A stretch of DNA of 64,000 nucleotides from positions 41,602,001 to 41,666,000 of the forward strand of contig CM068745.1 of assembly GCA_035084275.1 (NCBI GenBank), written 5' to 3'. The notes beneath the pieces are model-generated. The model saw only the letters and a program-made list of their open reading frames with translations, was not told the DNA's origin and did not search any database. A program made the translations under genes and the position numbers. Of the stretch, positions 37,911 to 49,797 are shown in pieces (the first letter of the stretch is position 1; each line of letters begins with the position of its first letter). Source of the stretch: Hydrolagus colliei. Lineage: Eukaryota.

Positions 37911-38476
37911 GAGATGGAATCTGGGGGTTGACGAAGGGGAGTGGGAGGATTGATAGGGTGGATAGAAACGTGGATGAGGGGGGATGGTGGTCATGGCTAA
38001 GGTGCTTCAGACCCGCAGGGAAGGGAGGATAGGGTATTAGAAGGATAGTAAATATACTAAGACTCTTACCCTACCTTGGAAAGTTTGAAGAGGGTGCCAA
38101 GAAGTGACATTACACTGCTTATTGAGAAGGATTCAAAAATGGTGCCCAGAAGTGACGCCATGTAGCGAGATTCGGCTGTTTTTCAGGCGGGGCATCTTGT
38201 AATGGCGGCCCCGCACCTGATTTAGCCAAAACGTTACTGGTCGCTCACCACTGCATGTTCATCCCCCCATGGCATCAGCATCTCTCGCACCTGGTCTACA
38301 GGCGGGGGATTTCACAATTTCTCGCCCGCCGGTGCTCTGCTGCAGCCTCTCACCCGGATTTTGTTACCCAAATCCTTCGGCCCTTAGTCTTCTCGTCTCC
38401 CACTCGGTTTACCCTGGTTTCTTGAGGCCCTGCCGCTCACTGACTCATGTAATTGGTTTTATAGGAAACTAGATAC

Positions 38477-39202
38477 TAGGGTCCGGCGATATATCGATAT
38501 ATCGCTAAAACCCGATATAATTTTCATATCGATACGCCGATATAGGCATTTCAAAAATATCGATATATCGATTTTTCGATATATCGAGGGAAAAAATCGG
38601 AATGCGCGCACACTAACTACAAGACCCAGAATGCTCATCTCTATACACAATGGACAGACCGAGGTGCAAAGCCGCCATATTGTATTCATAGTCCTAGAAT
38701 ACAATATACAGGTATGCAAGGGATGAGGGGAGAGAGACGGCTGTGGGGGGGAGGGGGAGAGAGACGGCTTGGTGGGGGGAGGGGGAGAGAGACGGCTGGG
38801 GGAGGGGGGAGGGAGAGAGAGACGGCGGGGGGGGGGGAGAGAGACGGTGGGGGGGGTGGGAGAGAGGGACGGCGGCGGAGGGGGGGGAGGAGAGAGGGAC
38901 GGTGGCGGGGGGTGGGGGTGGGGGGAGAGACAGGGTTGATGTGATAATATACAGATAGATAGAGATGGGGGAGATGTGAGAGAGGACAGAAACACAGACA
39001 GAAAAACACAGAGATGGAGAGAGTGAGTGTGAGAGACACAGAGAGAGAAAGATATTTACCTCCTGAGGAGATAGGCCCCGAATGCGCGCGCACCCCGAAT
39101 GCGCACGCATGCGCAGTACGAGAAAAACGAAAATATCGATATTTCGGTATATCTCGATATGAGCCCATCGATATATCTAAATTTCCATATCAACGGACCC
39201 TA
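38477..39202 (-). mobile_element. Non-autonomous hAT DNA transposon, copy 3 (726 bp, short minisatellite)
   Basis: Ends TAGGGTCCGGCGATAT and ATATCAACGGACCCTA; TSD CTAGATAC on both sides. Confidence 0.92.
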
Positions 39203-40074
39203 CTAGATACATAACTATCTACAGTAGTTTGCTTTCAAAATGCTCTCTGGTTAATTGTTCATCCATTGACTTTTTCCAACAATTTGAATAATTTTGTATC
39301 CCACTTTGTTCCCACATCAGTGACCTCTGTTCATCATACAATTCTCTCCACTTTCACGGATAATGTTACTCTAGATTCAACTTCTTTCAGATTGCTCACC
39401 AATAGTATGCATAACTGTTTGTCGATGCAATGGTTGAAACCTTGACCTTCTTCATTCCCTTCATTGAGGTAATAAAAATCTTATTTCTTTGAACTCTTTG
39501 AAGGCAGTTGTTGTTTTGTTTAATCAACAGCTGCATTCTTGACTTTAGCTAATCTCTTAAACTTTCTTATTCTTTTGGCATTCTTGACCTCACTGTTTCC
39601 TTAGACTGCAAATGGAATAGTCACCTCCATGCTAAAGGTCCCCTCAAGAGGTTTCATTCACTCATCTATATTTTTATTATTACAGCACCTTTTGCTTAGC
39701 CCTTTATAGACCTGGAGTCTGTTTTAACCATTACATTTAAGTGAATGTTCTTCTACTACTTTTCTTGCACCACTGCACAAAATATAAAGGAAAAAAATGA
39801 TCTCTATTTCACCTCTGGTCTACTCTCTTTATTTATCACAAACCTTTTCCTCGTTTCTTCCAAGTTCCAAAAATATCCTCTTCCCCTTCTTTATATTTTC
39901 ATTGTGTGGATATGTCATTAAAAATCGGCAATCTTTAACAGCCTCAAAATCATTCACTGTAAGTTAATGGAGGCAACATGCCAACAGCAAAAAGCTAAAG
40001 GGTCCCTTCAGTAGCCTGAGGCACAATTGGAAAGTTATGCTGGATCTCTGACTAATGCTTTAAGGTTTTATCAT

Positions 40075-40570
40075 AAAATCGTAGAAATTATAGCAGAAGA
40101 GGAGGAGGTTAATTCTAAACTAGTGTTGATTCGTCCACTGGATCTAAGTACTCTAATCCTAATTCCATGTCTTTCATTGTACCCTTTCATTTTAATTCTC
40201 TTTAAATGTTTATCCAATTTCCTTTTCAATGTTGTTTTGGCTTCAGCTTCAGTAGCTACTTCTGGCAAAGCATTTCATGTTCCAATAACCCTTTATTTGA
40301 AGATGTCTATTTTAATTTACTCCTCAACTCTTCCAATCCTGATTTCATGCACTTTTATTACCAATTTTCCAAGTAGCAGAAATTATCTTAATTTGTCTTC
40401 ACAAAAGCTTTAAGAACTTTGAAAACTTCTATGAGATCTGCATCTGCTTTTAACTTTTTTTATTCCAGTGAAAACAGACATAACTATAATCCCTCAACCA
40501 TGGTTTCACTTGTGTGTACCTACACTGGATTCTTTCAATAATTACCTTTCAGTAATGGGATTCCCAGAAC
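40075..40570 (-). mobile_element. Old CR1 3' fragment
   Basis: ORF 40071..40268 (-) PEVATEAEAKTTLKRKLDKHL resembles the CR1 ORF2 C-terminus. Confidence 0.65.
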
Positions 40571-41116
40571 TGCTCTGTTAAAGGCCATGAGGAAGATTTG
40601 TCAAACATTGGGCATCATAGGCAGGGGGGATAGTAATATTACTGATATCCAGCAACAGGTTATCAAATATTTTGAAAACCTTTGCAGCTGGAACACTGCC
40701 AGTTACCACATTAAAATAATATTAAAAATTGTTGCATTTGATATAGCGACTTATCACATTTTTGAGATCCACCAAACAACTAACAACCGCACTCGTATTC
40801 ACTGCTCAGTAAAATAGAGTTGTGTGGAGTAAGAAAACTTGCCTACGGTTTAGCCCCACCCCGTAATCAAACCCGAGACCTCTTTCTTGCGACGTAAGTA
40901 TTGCTAACTTTGATGCTACAGGACTCCACTCCAAGCAAAATGAAAGCTTTAAGAAGGAAACTGCCTTCCATAACACTCTAATGTTGCTTCACTCAGTGAT
41001 ATGATGCAGTTTAAGCAACAAGAGATTTCCTCATTTCCTCATATTCAGGTCATTCTAGGAATGCACAATCACTACACTTAACAATAATGACCAGTTTTTG
41101 GAGATGTTATAGGCAT

Positions 41117-41630
41117 TATAGTAATAATAATAATCCTTGCACTTGATATAGTGCTTTTCACATCTTCTAGATGTCTCAAAGCGCTTCACAGAATATGCTG
41201 TGAAGTAAATTGACTGCATATATGCAGAGGTGTTTTTATCGTTGGTGCAATCGGTGCAATGCACCAACAGGCCCCTCATATTGCGGGCCCCCAAAGTAAT
41301 GCAAAAAATCATCGAAATGGTAGGATTTGAGTGTGCTGTGCTCTTGTCTTTTGTTAAATAGTGTATAGCGAAAACCAGAGCTCTGCCCAGCCCGGCAGAG
41401 CAGGCGGTCCGCCTAAAGAGGCATCACACCTGCCGAAAATACATTTTTGCATAAAATAAAATTGCACATGCACACTTATTAAACTTACCATCAGTGACGG
41501 GCCCCCTAAGAAAATTGCACCGAGTAGTTTGAAGTCTTAAAAACACCTCTGTATATATGTGGGTGAAATGCAGCAGCCAATTGCGCACAGCAGTGTCCCA
41601 CAAACAGTCATTGACTGAAATGACTAATTT
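41117..41630 (-). mobile_element. tRNA-SINE body and tail split by the 41225-41551 MITE (a separate SINE head remnant lies at about 40815-40930)
   Basis: taataataataatccttgcacttgatatagtgc... resumes after the MITE as gtgggtgaaatgcagcagccaattgcgcacagcagtgtccca. Confidence 0.78.
41225..41551. mobile_element. 327-bp hAT (Tip100-like) MITE inserted into a tRNA-SINE
   Basis: 14-bp TIR CAGAGGTGTTTTTA ... TAAAAACACCTCTG; flanks CATATATG/TATATATG (7 of 8 TSD match); subterminal GGGCCCC motifs; SINE sequence continues on both sides. Confidence 0.82.
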
Positions 41631-43269
41631 ATATAATTTTTTATATATCAAATGCAAGCTGTATTATTCTTATATTTTCTTTCCAGGATATCATGGCTAT
41701 ATAGAATGCCTTGCCTTCATTCATTTCACATTCCACTTTGTTTCATTAACCTTTTAAAACCTGTTGTCTGGTGACTTCTTGGTTGAATCATATTTCTATG
41801 AAAAGGACACGATTGCCACAGAGATTTTTTGACAAGCCTTTTTATTTAGGAGGAAGAGGCAGGAAATAATTTGATTATAACATTACAGCAAATTATGTCA
41901 TGATGAATTTGGAATAATTTACTTGACTGTACTTGTGGAAATATGAAAAAAAAACTAACTTTTTCATGAAAGCATTGTCTTTCCAGTGTACTCCATCATT
42001 AAATTGCAGTATTCAGCTCTCAATCTTTCAGATCTTATATTTACAAATTGAAATGTTAGTTATCTTCCCCCAATCATTTTTTAAAAATCAGACATTGTTC
42101 ACCTCAATGAATGAATCAAAAATACAACTGAGGCATGTATTCTAAGGTGTTCCATGATTGAGCTACTTGTAATCATAATTTTAAATTTTATAGTGTTAAT
42201 GTTCGCTGTAATCTTGAAATAAAAGTTTAGTAAATGATTAAAAAATTTGTTTGTGTAGAAATTCAGTTTTTTAAGTTTTAATCAGGACATCAGGGCCTTC
42301 GTGTCTGTTCTTCATCCCAGTGTTTGGCCACCATCTTAAACATCTGCATAGTTATGTTGGTGAATGTAATTCATGGGTTGTTGCAGCCTAATACAGATTA
42401 TATCCAGTCACCGAGCTATGGTGGTTTGCTGTCAAGCATGATATTGTTTTTTGATTGAAAGCAAAAGGGTGATTCTTTCATCATGATATAAAAGTATTAG
42501 AGTTGATACTCTTGATCACGGGTAAATGTATCAATTTTGGCAGGCAACTTTATCCTCTGGTTTGGACCAACCAACTGATACTTGGATGAGCTACCCTACC
42601 ATAAATAGTAGGTGCACAATTGAGGAATCATCCTATTGTTTCTAAATGTAAAATATTGCCTAAAACAGTTCAACCGCTGTACAAAATTTGCAGAAAAGGT
42701 GTATTTTTAATTTGTAAATTGCCTGATCTCCCTTTTTTAAAAAAAAATTTTGTCTTTATATTCAGTCATGCTTCCTAGCTCTGTGACTCATTGCAGTAAT
42801 ATGTTCAGTTATATGAGACAAGATGGCCCATGAATTCCTTTCTTCACACAAGGAGATTTTCAAGATGGTGGCAACCTACATCTGTGGTGGTGAGAGACTT
42901 CTGCCATTGTAATAGTTTTATTTAAATCTATACTGGAATGTTGTTTGCCACCAATAGGTTGCAAATTAAATTTTGGTAATATTGAAGGGATTGTATAGTA
43001 ATTTTAATTATTGACATTTATGGTCCAAACCAGAAATAATTATTAACTGGTTTCAGTCAAGAGTTAGGCTGGTATCCTGTGAAGTGGCACTGAAATGCTA
43101 TACTCGCAGGTAGCAACAACAATGGCAGTGGGTAAAGGCTTCAGGCCCAACCACTGTGCTAAAGTCAGAAAGAGGGGTTTCAAACTCAAAACCGCTTGAT
43201 AATTATTGACTGATGATTGATTTAGACCCCCAACAACAAAATTACATTTATAGAGCGTCTTTCATGAAG

Positions 43270-45712
43270 GGTGGATGCCCTCCGTTTCCCTCACCCACCC
43301 CATCCTCAGCTCCTACCACTACCCTCAACCTACATTCCTTCTTCCCCATCTCTTCTTCCTCCCTCTCATCCACCATCACACTATGAAACCCACTATCTGC
43401 TGCCTCGACCCACTTCCCCACCAACCCAGCTCCCCACTCCTCAGCCCACTGCTGGCAGACATCATTAATCAGTCCCTCTCCTCAGGATCAGTTCTTCCCC
43501 CGCCTCAAAACCTCCCTTTAAAAAACCTACTTTCCAATCCTAGCCACTACCTCCTTATCTCAAACCTGCTCTTCATTGCAAAAGTTTTAGAACACGTTGT
43601 TGCCAACCAACTCTGTGCACACCTCTCCCTCCACACCCTATTTGAGCCCCTCCAGTCCGGTTTCCGCCCTACCCACAGTACAGAGACTGCGCCTTACAAA
43701 AGTCACAAACAATGTCCTCTTTATCGGTGACCAGGGCTCCCTCTGCCTCCTTGTCCTCCTGGACCTCTCCGCCACCTTCAACACTGTCGATCACGCCATC
43801 CTCTTCCACCATCTGTCCTTCGTCATCCACCTCAGTGGGACCGCATTTGCTTGGTTCAAGTCCTATCTCACAAACCGCCAGCAGTACCTCTCTGCAAAGG
43901 GCTTTTCCTCTCGCTTTCGCCGGTCACCTGTGGGGTACCCCAAGGATCCATCCTCGGCCCCCTTTTCTTCCTTCTCTACATGCTCCGTATTGGTCATGTC
44001 ATCCGCAGCAATGGGGTAAACTTCCACTTTTATGCAGATGACGCCCAACTCTACTTTTCCACCTCAAATTGCGACCCGCAGTCCCCTGATGTTCTGTTCG
44101 CCCGCATTCTCATCCGAACCAAACTTAGTTCCCCAATTACCCCAGTCCTCACGAGGGTCCGGCGATATGGGAATTTCCCGATATGGATATATCGGTTGGC
44201 TCATATCGAGATATACCGAAATATCGATATTTTCAGTTTTCTCGTACTGCGCATGCGCGCGCATCGTAGTGCGCGCGCATTCTGGGCCTATCTTCTCAGG
44301 GGGTAAATATCTTTCTCTCTCTCTGTGTCTCTCACTCTCTCCATCTCTGTGTTTTTCTGTCTGTGTCTCTCTATGTCTCTCTCCCTCTCTCCTCTCTCAC
44401 ATCCACCCCATCTCTATCTAACTGTATATTATCACATCCACCCCGTTTCTCCCCCCCCACCCCGCCTGTCATCCCTCTCTCGCACCCCCCACCCCCGTCG
44501 TCTCTCTCCCCCACCACCACCACCACCACCCCCCAGCCGTCTCTTTCTCCCTCTCCCCCCCTCCCGCCATCTCTCTATCCCTCCCCCCCCAGCCGTCTCT
44601 CTCCCCCTCCCCATAGCCGTCTCTCTCCCCCTCTCCTCCCCCCCTGCCTTCTCTCTCTCCCTCCCCCCCCCAGCCGTCTCTCTCCCCCTCTCTCCCCAAG
44701 CCATCTCTCTCCCCCTCTCCCCCCCAGCCATCTCTCTCCCCCTCTCTCCCCCCCCAGCCGTCTATCTCCCCCTCCCCCCAGCCGTCTCTCTCCCCCTCTC
44801 CTCCCCCCCCCAGCCGTCTCTCCCCCTCTCCTCCCCCCCCCCAGCCGTCTCTCCCCCTCTCCTCCCTCCCCCCCAGCCGTCTCTCTCCCCCCCCCCCCCA
44901 GCCATCTCTCTCGCCCTCTCCCCCCCCACCAGCCGTCTATCTCCCCCTCCCCCCAGCCATCTCTCTCCCCCTCACCCCCCCCCCACCCCAGCCGTCTCTC
45001 TCCCCCTCACCCCCACCACCCACAGCCGTCTCTCTCCCCCCACCCCTTGCATACCTGTATATTGTATTCGAGGACTACGAATACAATATGGCGGCTTTGC
45101 ACCTCAGTCTGTGCATTGTGTATAGAGATGAGCATTCTGGGTCTTGTAGTTGATTGTGCTTGCATCCCGATTTTTTACCTCGATATATCGTTTTTTTGAT
45201 ATATCGATATTTTTAAAATGTCTATATCGGCATATCGATATGAAAATTATATCGGGTTTTAGCGATATATCAATATATCGCCGTTCCCTAGTCCTCACCA
45301 GAGTTCACTGGCTCCCTGTAACAGAGCGGATTGACTTCAAGATCCTCACTCTTGTGTTTAAATCCCTCCACTCCTCTGTACCCCACTACCTCTCTAACTT
45401 CTCTCCTCACAGCAGTACCCGCTGCATCCACTCTATTGGGTCTGGTCTCCTCCTTGTCCCCCAAATCCTCTGCTTCACCATTGGCGGCCGTGCTTTCAGT
45501 CACTTCATCCTGAAACTCTGGAACTCTCTCCCTCAATCGCTCCGCCTCACCATCTCCTTTTCCATTTTCAGATCGTACTTGAAGACCTTTCTGTTTGACC
45601 GAGCCTACCATCACCTTCCCCCTCCCCCTGGCTCAGCCTCGGGCTCCATTATTGTGAAGCACTCTGAGTCGCTGTCTGGCGTGGAAGGCACTATATAAAT
45701 CCAAGTTGTTGT
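43270..45712 (+). mobile_element. Decayed L2 LINE RT fragment interrupted by hAT copy 4
   Basis: QSGFRPTHSTETA, LLDLSATFNTVDH, CGVPQGSILGP, FYADDAQLY before the insertion; VHWLPVTERIDFK, LWNSLP and (GTT)n tail after it. Confidence 0.88.
44153..45290 (+). mobile_element. Non-autonomous hAT DNA transposon, copy 4 (1138 bp), inserted into an L2 fragment
   Basis: Ends GAGGGTCCGGCGATAT and ATATCGCCGTTCCCTA; TSD GTCCTCAC at 44145-44152 and 45291-45298; the L2 peptide PITPVLT|RVHWLP is continuous across the insertion. Confidence 0.93.
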
Positions 45713-46340
45713 TACTCTTGTGGACCACAAATTTTCCATCCTCTTTGGTAGGCTCAGTAGACCAGTTCCTGAGCTAGGCAAGTGCTCAGTACTCAGTAAG
45801 GCACATATCAAAACCCTCCTCTTCAACCAAGCCTTCAGTCAACCTTCTTGCCCTTCTACCTTCCTCAATCCCAACCCCCAGTGTGGGTCCAAATCACTGA
45901 ATGTGCAGCACCTTAGGACATCCTCCCAATGTGAAAAGCGCTATATAAATGTAAATTAGTATTGTATTGTACTCCAAGGCAATGTTTATCATTGTCCGAC
46001 CAATGTTGACAGTCAGCATCACACTAATGTCCATTTTTCCCCACCTTCTCCCTGTGACCTACAATTGTTATTCAGTAATTTATCGAATTGCTTCTTAAAT
46101 ATCTTTTAACATTTATAGTATCTGGTTTCTCTAGTAACTTATTCCACAGGGCTATATAAAAAAAATCAATATTTCAAGAATTTGAGTGTTGCAGTGCTAT
46201 TTTTCCTTTCAGTGAATGCAATTATGTAATAATTTGTAACTGAAATGTAATATCTTATCTATTTAGTTAATCAGATAACATTTATTTAAAAATTATAATA
46301 ATTTTTCATTTCAAAACTAGGTAACATCAGTGGGAAGGGA

Positions 46341-47937
46341 ATGACAGAGCGCATCCACAGCATCAACCTTCACAACTTCAGCAACTCAGTGCTCGAGACA
46401 CTAAATGAGCAACGAAATCGTGGACACTTCTGTGATGTGACTGTCAGAATCCACGGGAGCATGCTCAGAGCTCACCGCTGCGTGTTGGCTGCTGGCAGCC
46501 CCTTCTTCCAGGACAAACTGCTCTTAGGCTACAGTGACATTGAGATTCCATCTGTAGTTTCAGTGCAGTCTGTTCAGAAGTTGATTGACTTCATGTATAG
46601 TGGGGTACTGCGGGTGTCCCAGAGTGAAGCTTTACAGATCCTCACAGCAGCCAGCATACTGCAGATTAAAACAGTCATCGATGAATGCACCCGCATTGTT
46701 TCACAAACAGTAGTGAGCAGTGGTTATCCAACAACAAGGAACTCAAGCCAAGTGACACCACATGGAACACCAGAATCTGGTTCATCAGGACAGAGCAGTG
46801 ATACTGAAACTGGCTATGTACAAGCCCATTCCCAGCGTAGTGTTGAAAGAATCTATTCATCCCTTTATGCCTGTTCTGGAATGTCGCTACAAAATGGCAC
46901 TAGAGAGCGATCATTCTATCGTGGACCAGTGGTCAGCCATCATGGCGGTCCACTGGTTCTACAGAGAGGCGAGAATGTGGAGGATCCGGCCTGGATAACT
47001 AGAATTCATGAACGCACACAGCAGATGGAGAGATACCTATCTACTCCAGAAACCACACACTGCCGCAAGCAGCCACGACCAGTTCGCATTCAAACCATAG
47101 CAGGCAATGTTCACATCAAACAAGAAGCAGAAGATGATTATGATTACTACGGACAGCAAAAAGGACAAACATCAGAACAAAATGAGTCAGAAGAATGCAA
47201 TGAAGACACCGACCAAGCGGAAGGTACTGAAAGTGAGCCAAAAGGAGAAAGCTTTGACTCAGGTGTCAGTTCTTCTAATGGAACTGAATCTGATCCCATA
47301 GACCAACAGTTAATTGCCGGTATGAGCAGAGGGGGGCAATCAGATGTCAGACAAACTGAGCAGAATGAGATTTCTGCTGAAGACAGTCAGCAGCTCAGCA
47401 ACATGAATCCTTCTCCAGAGAGGACTTATGAAACTGAAATGGGCACCATAGGGCCTCAAAGCAGTGAATTAAACATTGCAAATGAAAAAGAATTGCAGCA
47501 AGCTCCAGTGAACACTGTGATTTCCGTGGCACACAGCACCCAGCCACTGGCAACTACTCAGCTTTACCTAAGGCAGTCAGATACACTCACCACCAACTTG
47601 AGAATGCCACTGACCTTGACCAGCACTACTCCAGTCATTGGTACGACTGGAAACACTTACGTACCAACGCTTTTCACCACTCAAAGCACTACCAGTGGTA
47701 AACTGTTTCAGTTCACTTTGCCACAACCACTGTCAGGCCAACAGACGCAATTTGTAACAGTTCCTCAATCAACCCTTGCAAACTTTGCGGCACAGTTGCA
47801 CCCTCAGCAACCTCAGCAATCTCAGATAATACAGAATGCAAGTGGACAGACTGAAAAGAAACCCTATGAATGCACGCTTTGTAATAAATCCTTCACTGCA
47901 AAGCAAAACTATGTAAAACACATGTTTGTCCATACGG
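46341..47937 (+). CDS. ZBTB20: ZBTB20 main coding exon: BTB/POZ domain, linker and zinc finger 1 (exon starts 46321; phase-1 donor after 47937)
   Basis: The ORF begins [88 protein letters not shown], the ZBTB20 BTB domain, and ends [28 protein letters not shown]. Acceptor tttttcatttcaaaactag ends at 46320; donor G|GTAAGT starts at 47938. Confidence 0.97.
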
Positions 47938-48059
47938 GTAAGTGACCTGAAAGTTATAGAAATTTGTTTTAGTGCAGTTTGAGCTGAACCTTTAACTTCC
48001 TATGGCCAAGTAACTAAGTTTACAATGCTAACATAGAAGTATTTAGAGGTAGTTTTGGC

Positions 48060-48165
48060 CACAGAATATACAGTCAATTCACTTTAAAGTATATTTTGTG
48101 GCTTTGAGATATCTAGAAGGCACAATAAAACAATATATCAAATGCAAGGATTATTTATTATTATC
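48060..48165 (+). mobile_element. tRNA-SINE 3' fragment just downstream of the ZF1 donor site
   Basis: atatacagtcaattcacttta...atatcaaatgcaaggattatttattatt matches the family tail. Confidence 0.65.
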
Positions 48166-49797
48166 ATTCAGGCTCTTATTTTTGTTTTATATTCTAACAA
48201 TTAAAAAAAGCTAATTTTGGTTTATAATATATTTTATACTTCAGTATACCAATTTTAGAAATTATTCAAATTCTGCCATCTGTGCAATGTTACTGCAGAA
48301 TTTTTTTTATCAAAAAAGTTTATCTTTTAGAGTTTCCTACAACTAAAAATTATACAACTTCAAAATTTTTGCTCAATCTTTTCCCCTTAAGCTATCTTAA
48401 GAAAGATCCATTGAGCATTGGAGAAGAATTACCCATTGTCCCTTTAAAATTTTTTGAAGATCATGTCAGTTTTTCTCCCATTTGTTCTCCTGATGATACA
48501 CGTTTCCCAATGGTGAGGACTAACGTGTGCTGATCTCTCATGCTTTGAAACGTTTAGTTCTTCACTTATTGAAATGAAAAAATCACTAGGATTTGAGGAC
48601 GGCACATATTATACACCCTGTTACTTTCATAGTTACATTTTAGAATAGATTGGCACAATCCTACACCGAATTGTGCTAAAGTTTAGGTACTGAGGCCACC
48701 ATGTGAATGTGGACATTAATTCACACAAGAGATCTGCAACTCAATTCTGGATGTACTTTGCAATAATTCTTTAAAAGTTCCGAACTAGTTTGTTGTTTTA
48801 CTTTTGTCAATATAAATAGTAGATAAGAAATCATTTTAATTTCTGGTTTGGAATTGATCAGTTCCAATTCAGAAACATCCTCAGTTCAAACTTAGTTAAA
48901 GAGCTTTGCTAAACTTGTTTTACGATGTTTGCTTAAAACAATAGAGTATTGCACGCCCCACTGAACTTCACAGTTATGAGATTTTATTTCTGGCAGAAGG
49001 TATCATTTACACTATTTATGATGCATGGCACAACCTTTGCAAAAACAAAGCATGCATCCTTTTCTCAAGACAATTATTTGGGAGTTGCTAAAATGATTTA
49101 AGATGTTACCTTGAAACACGATAGTTTCTCTTAATGTGCTTACAAACTTCAGAATTGGGTGTCCAACTAGATCTAAAAAGCAGCCCTCCTAATTAGATTC
49201 TTCCAACAAAGGAGGACATTGCTAGATCATGAGGCTGATTCATTTCAGTTAGGACAGGCGCTTTATTGTCTCACATGACCGAGGAGAAAGGATACAGTTA
49301 TTCTGTGACCCAGTTGGCCTTTCATGGCTTTTATTCTAAAATTATTCTTGTATCAGGTGCTGAAGTCATCACTTTTTTTATATAGTGTTGCAGCAATTAC
49401 TTCAGAATGTTTTGGGGGCAACACTGCATATGTACACATCCCAAGTAACTGCTTCATTGGAAGGATGCCAATCAACAAGGAACCTCTGGCCTCAAAAGTG
49501 TGGTTGCCCATACTACTCATTTCCCCTGCTTTTGTTGACACATGTTCCTGTAGCACTCCTCGAGGTTGTCAATGTTGTTTTGAATCCTCTGGCGCATGAA
49601 GGAGATCTCAGCTGAAATCCCTGTCCAAGGTTGAAGTTTCAGATCAGGCAGAACATAATTTAATGCTGGAAAATCCTCGAGTGAAGACAGATCCCTGTTG
49701 AATCATTTGTCATATTATGGCACAGTGTGATGAGAAAGAGTTTAATTTCCCTTTCCGTGAAGTTTCTACATTCAGCTTCATCATTATACAGAGATAC

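Noticed and set aside
47938-47945. Apparent stop (GK*) giving a 534-aa BTB plus one-finger protein
   Set aside because: GTAAGT is a consensus donor and splicing restores HTGEKP; nothing here supports intron retention.
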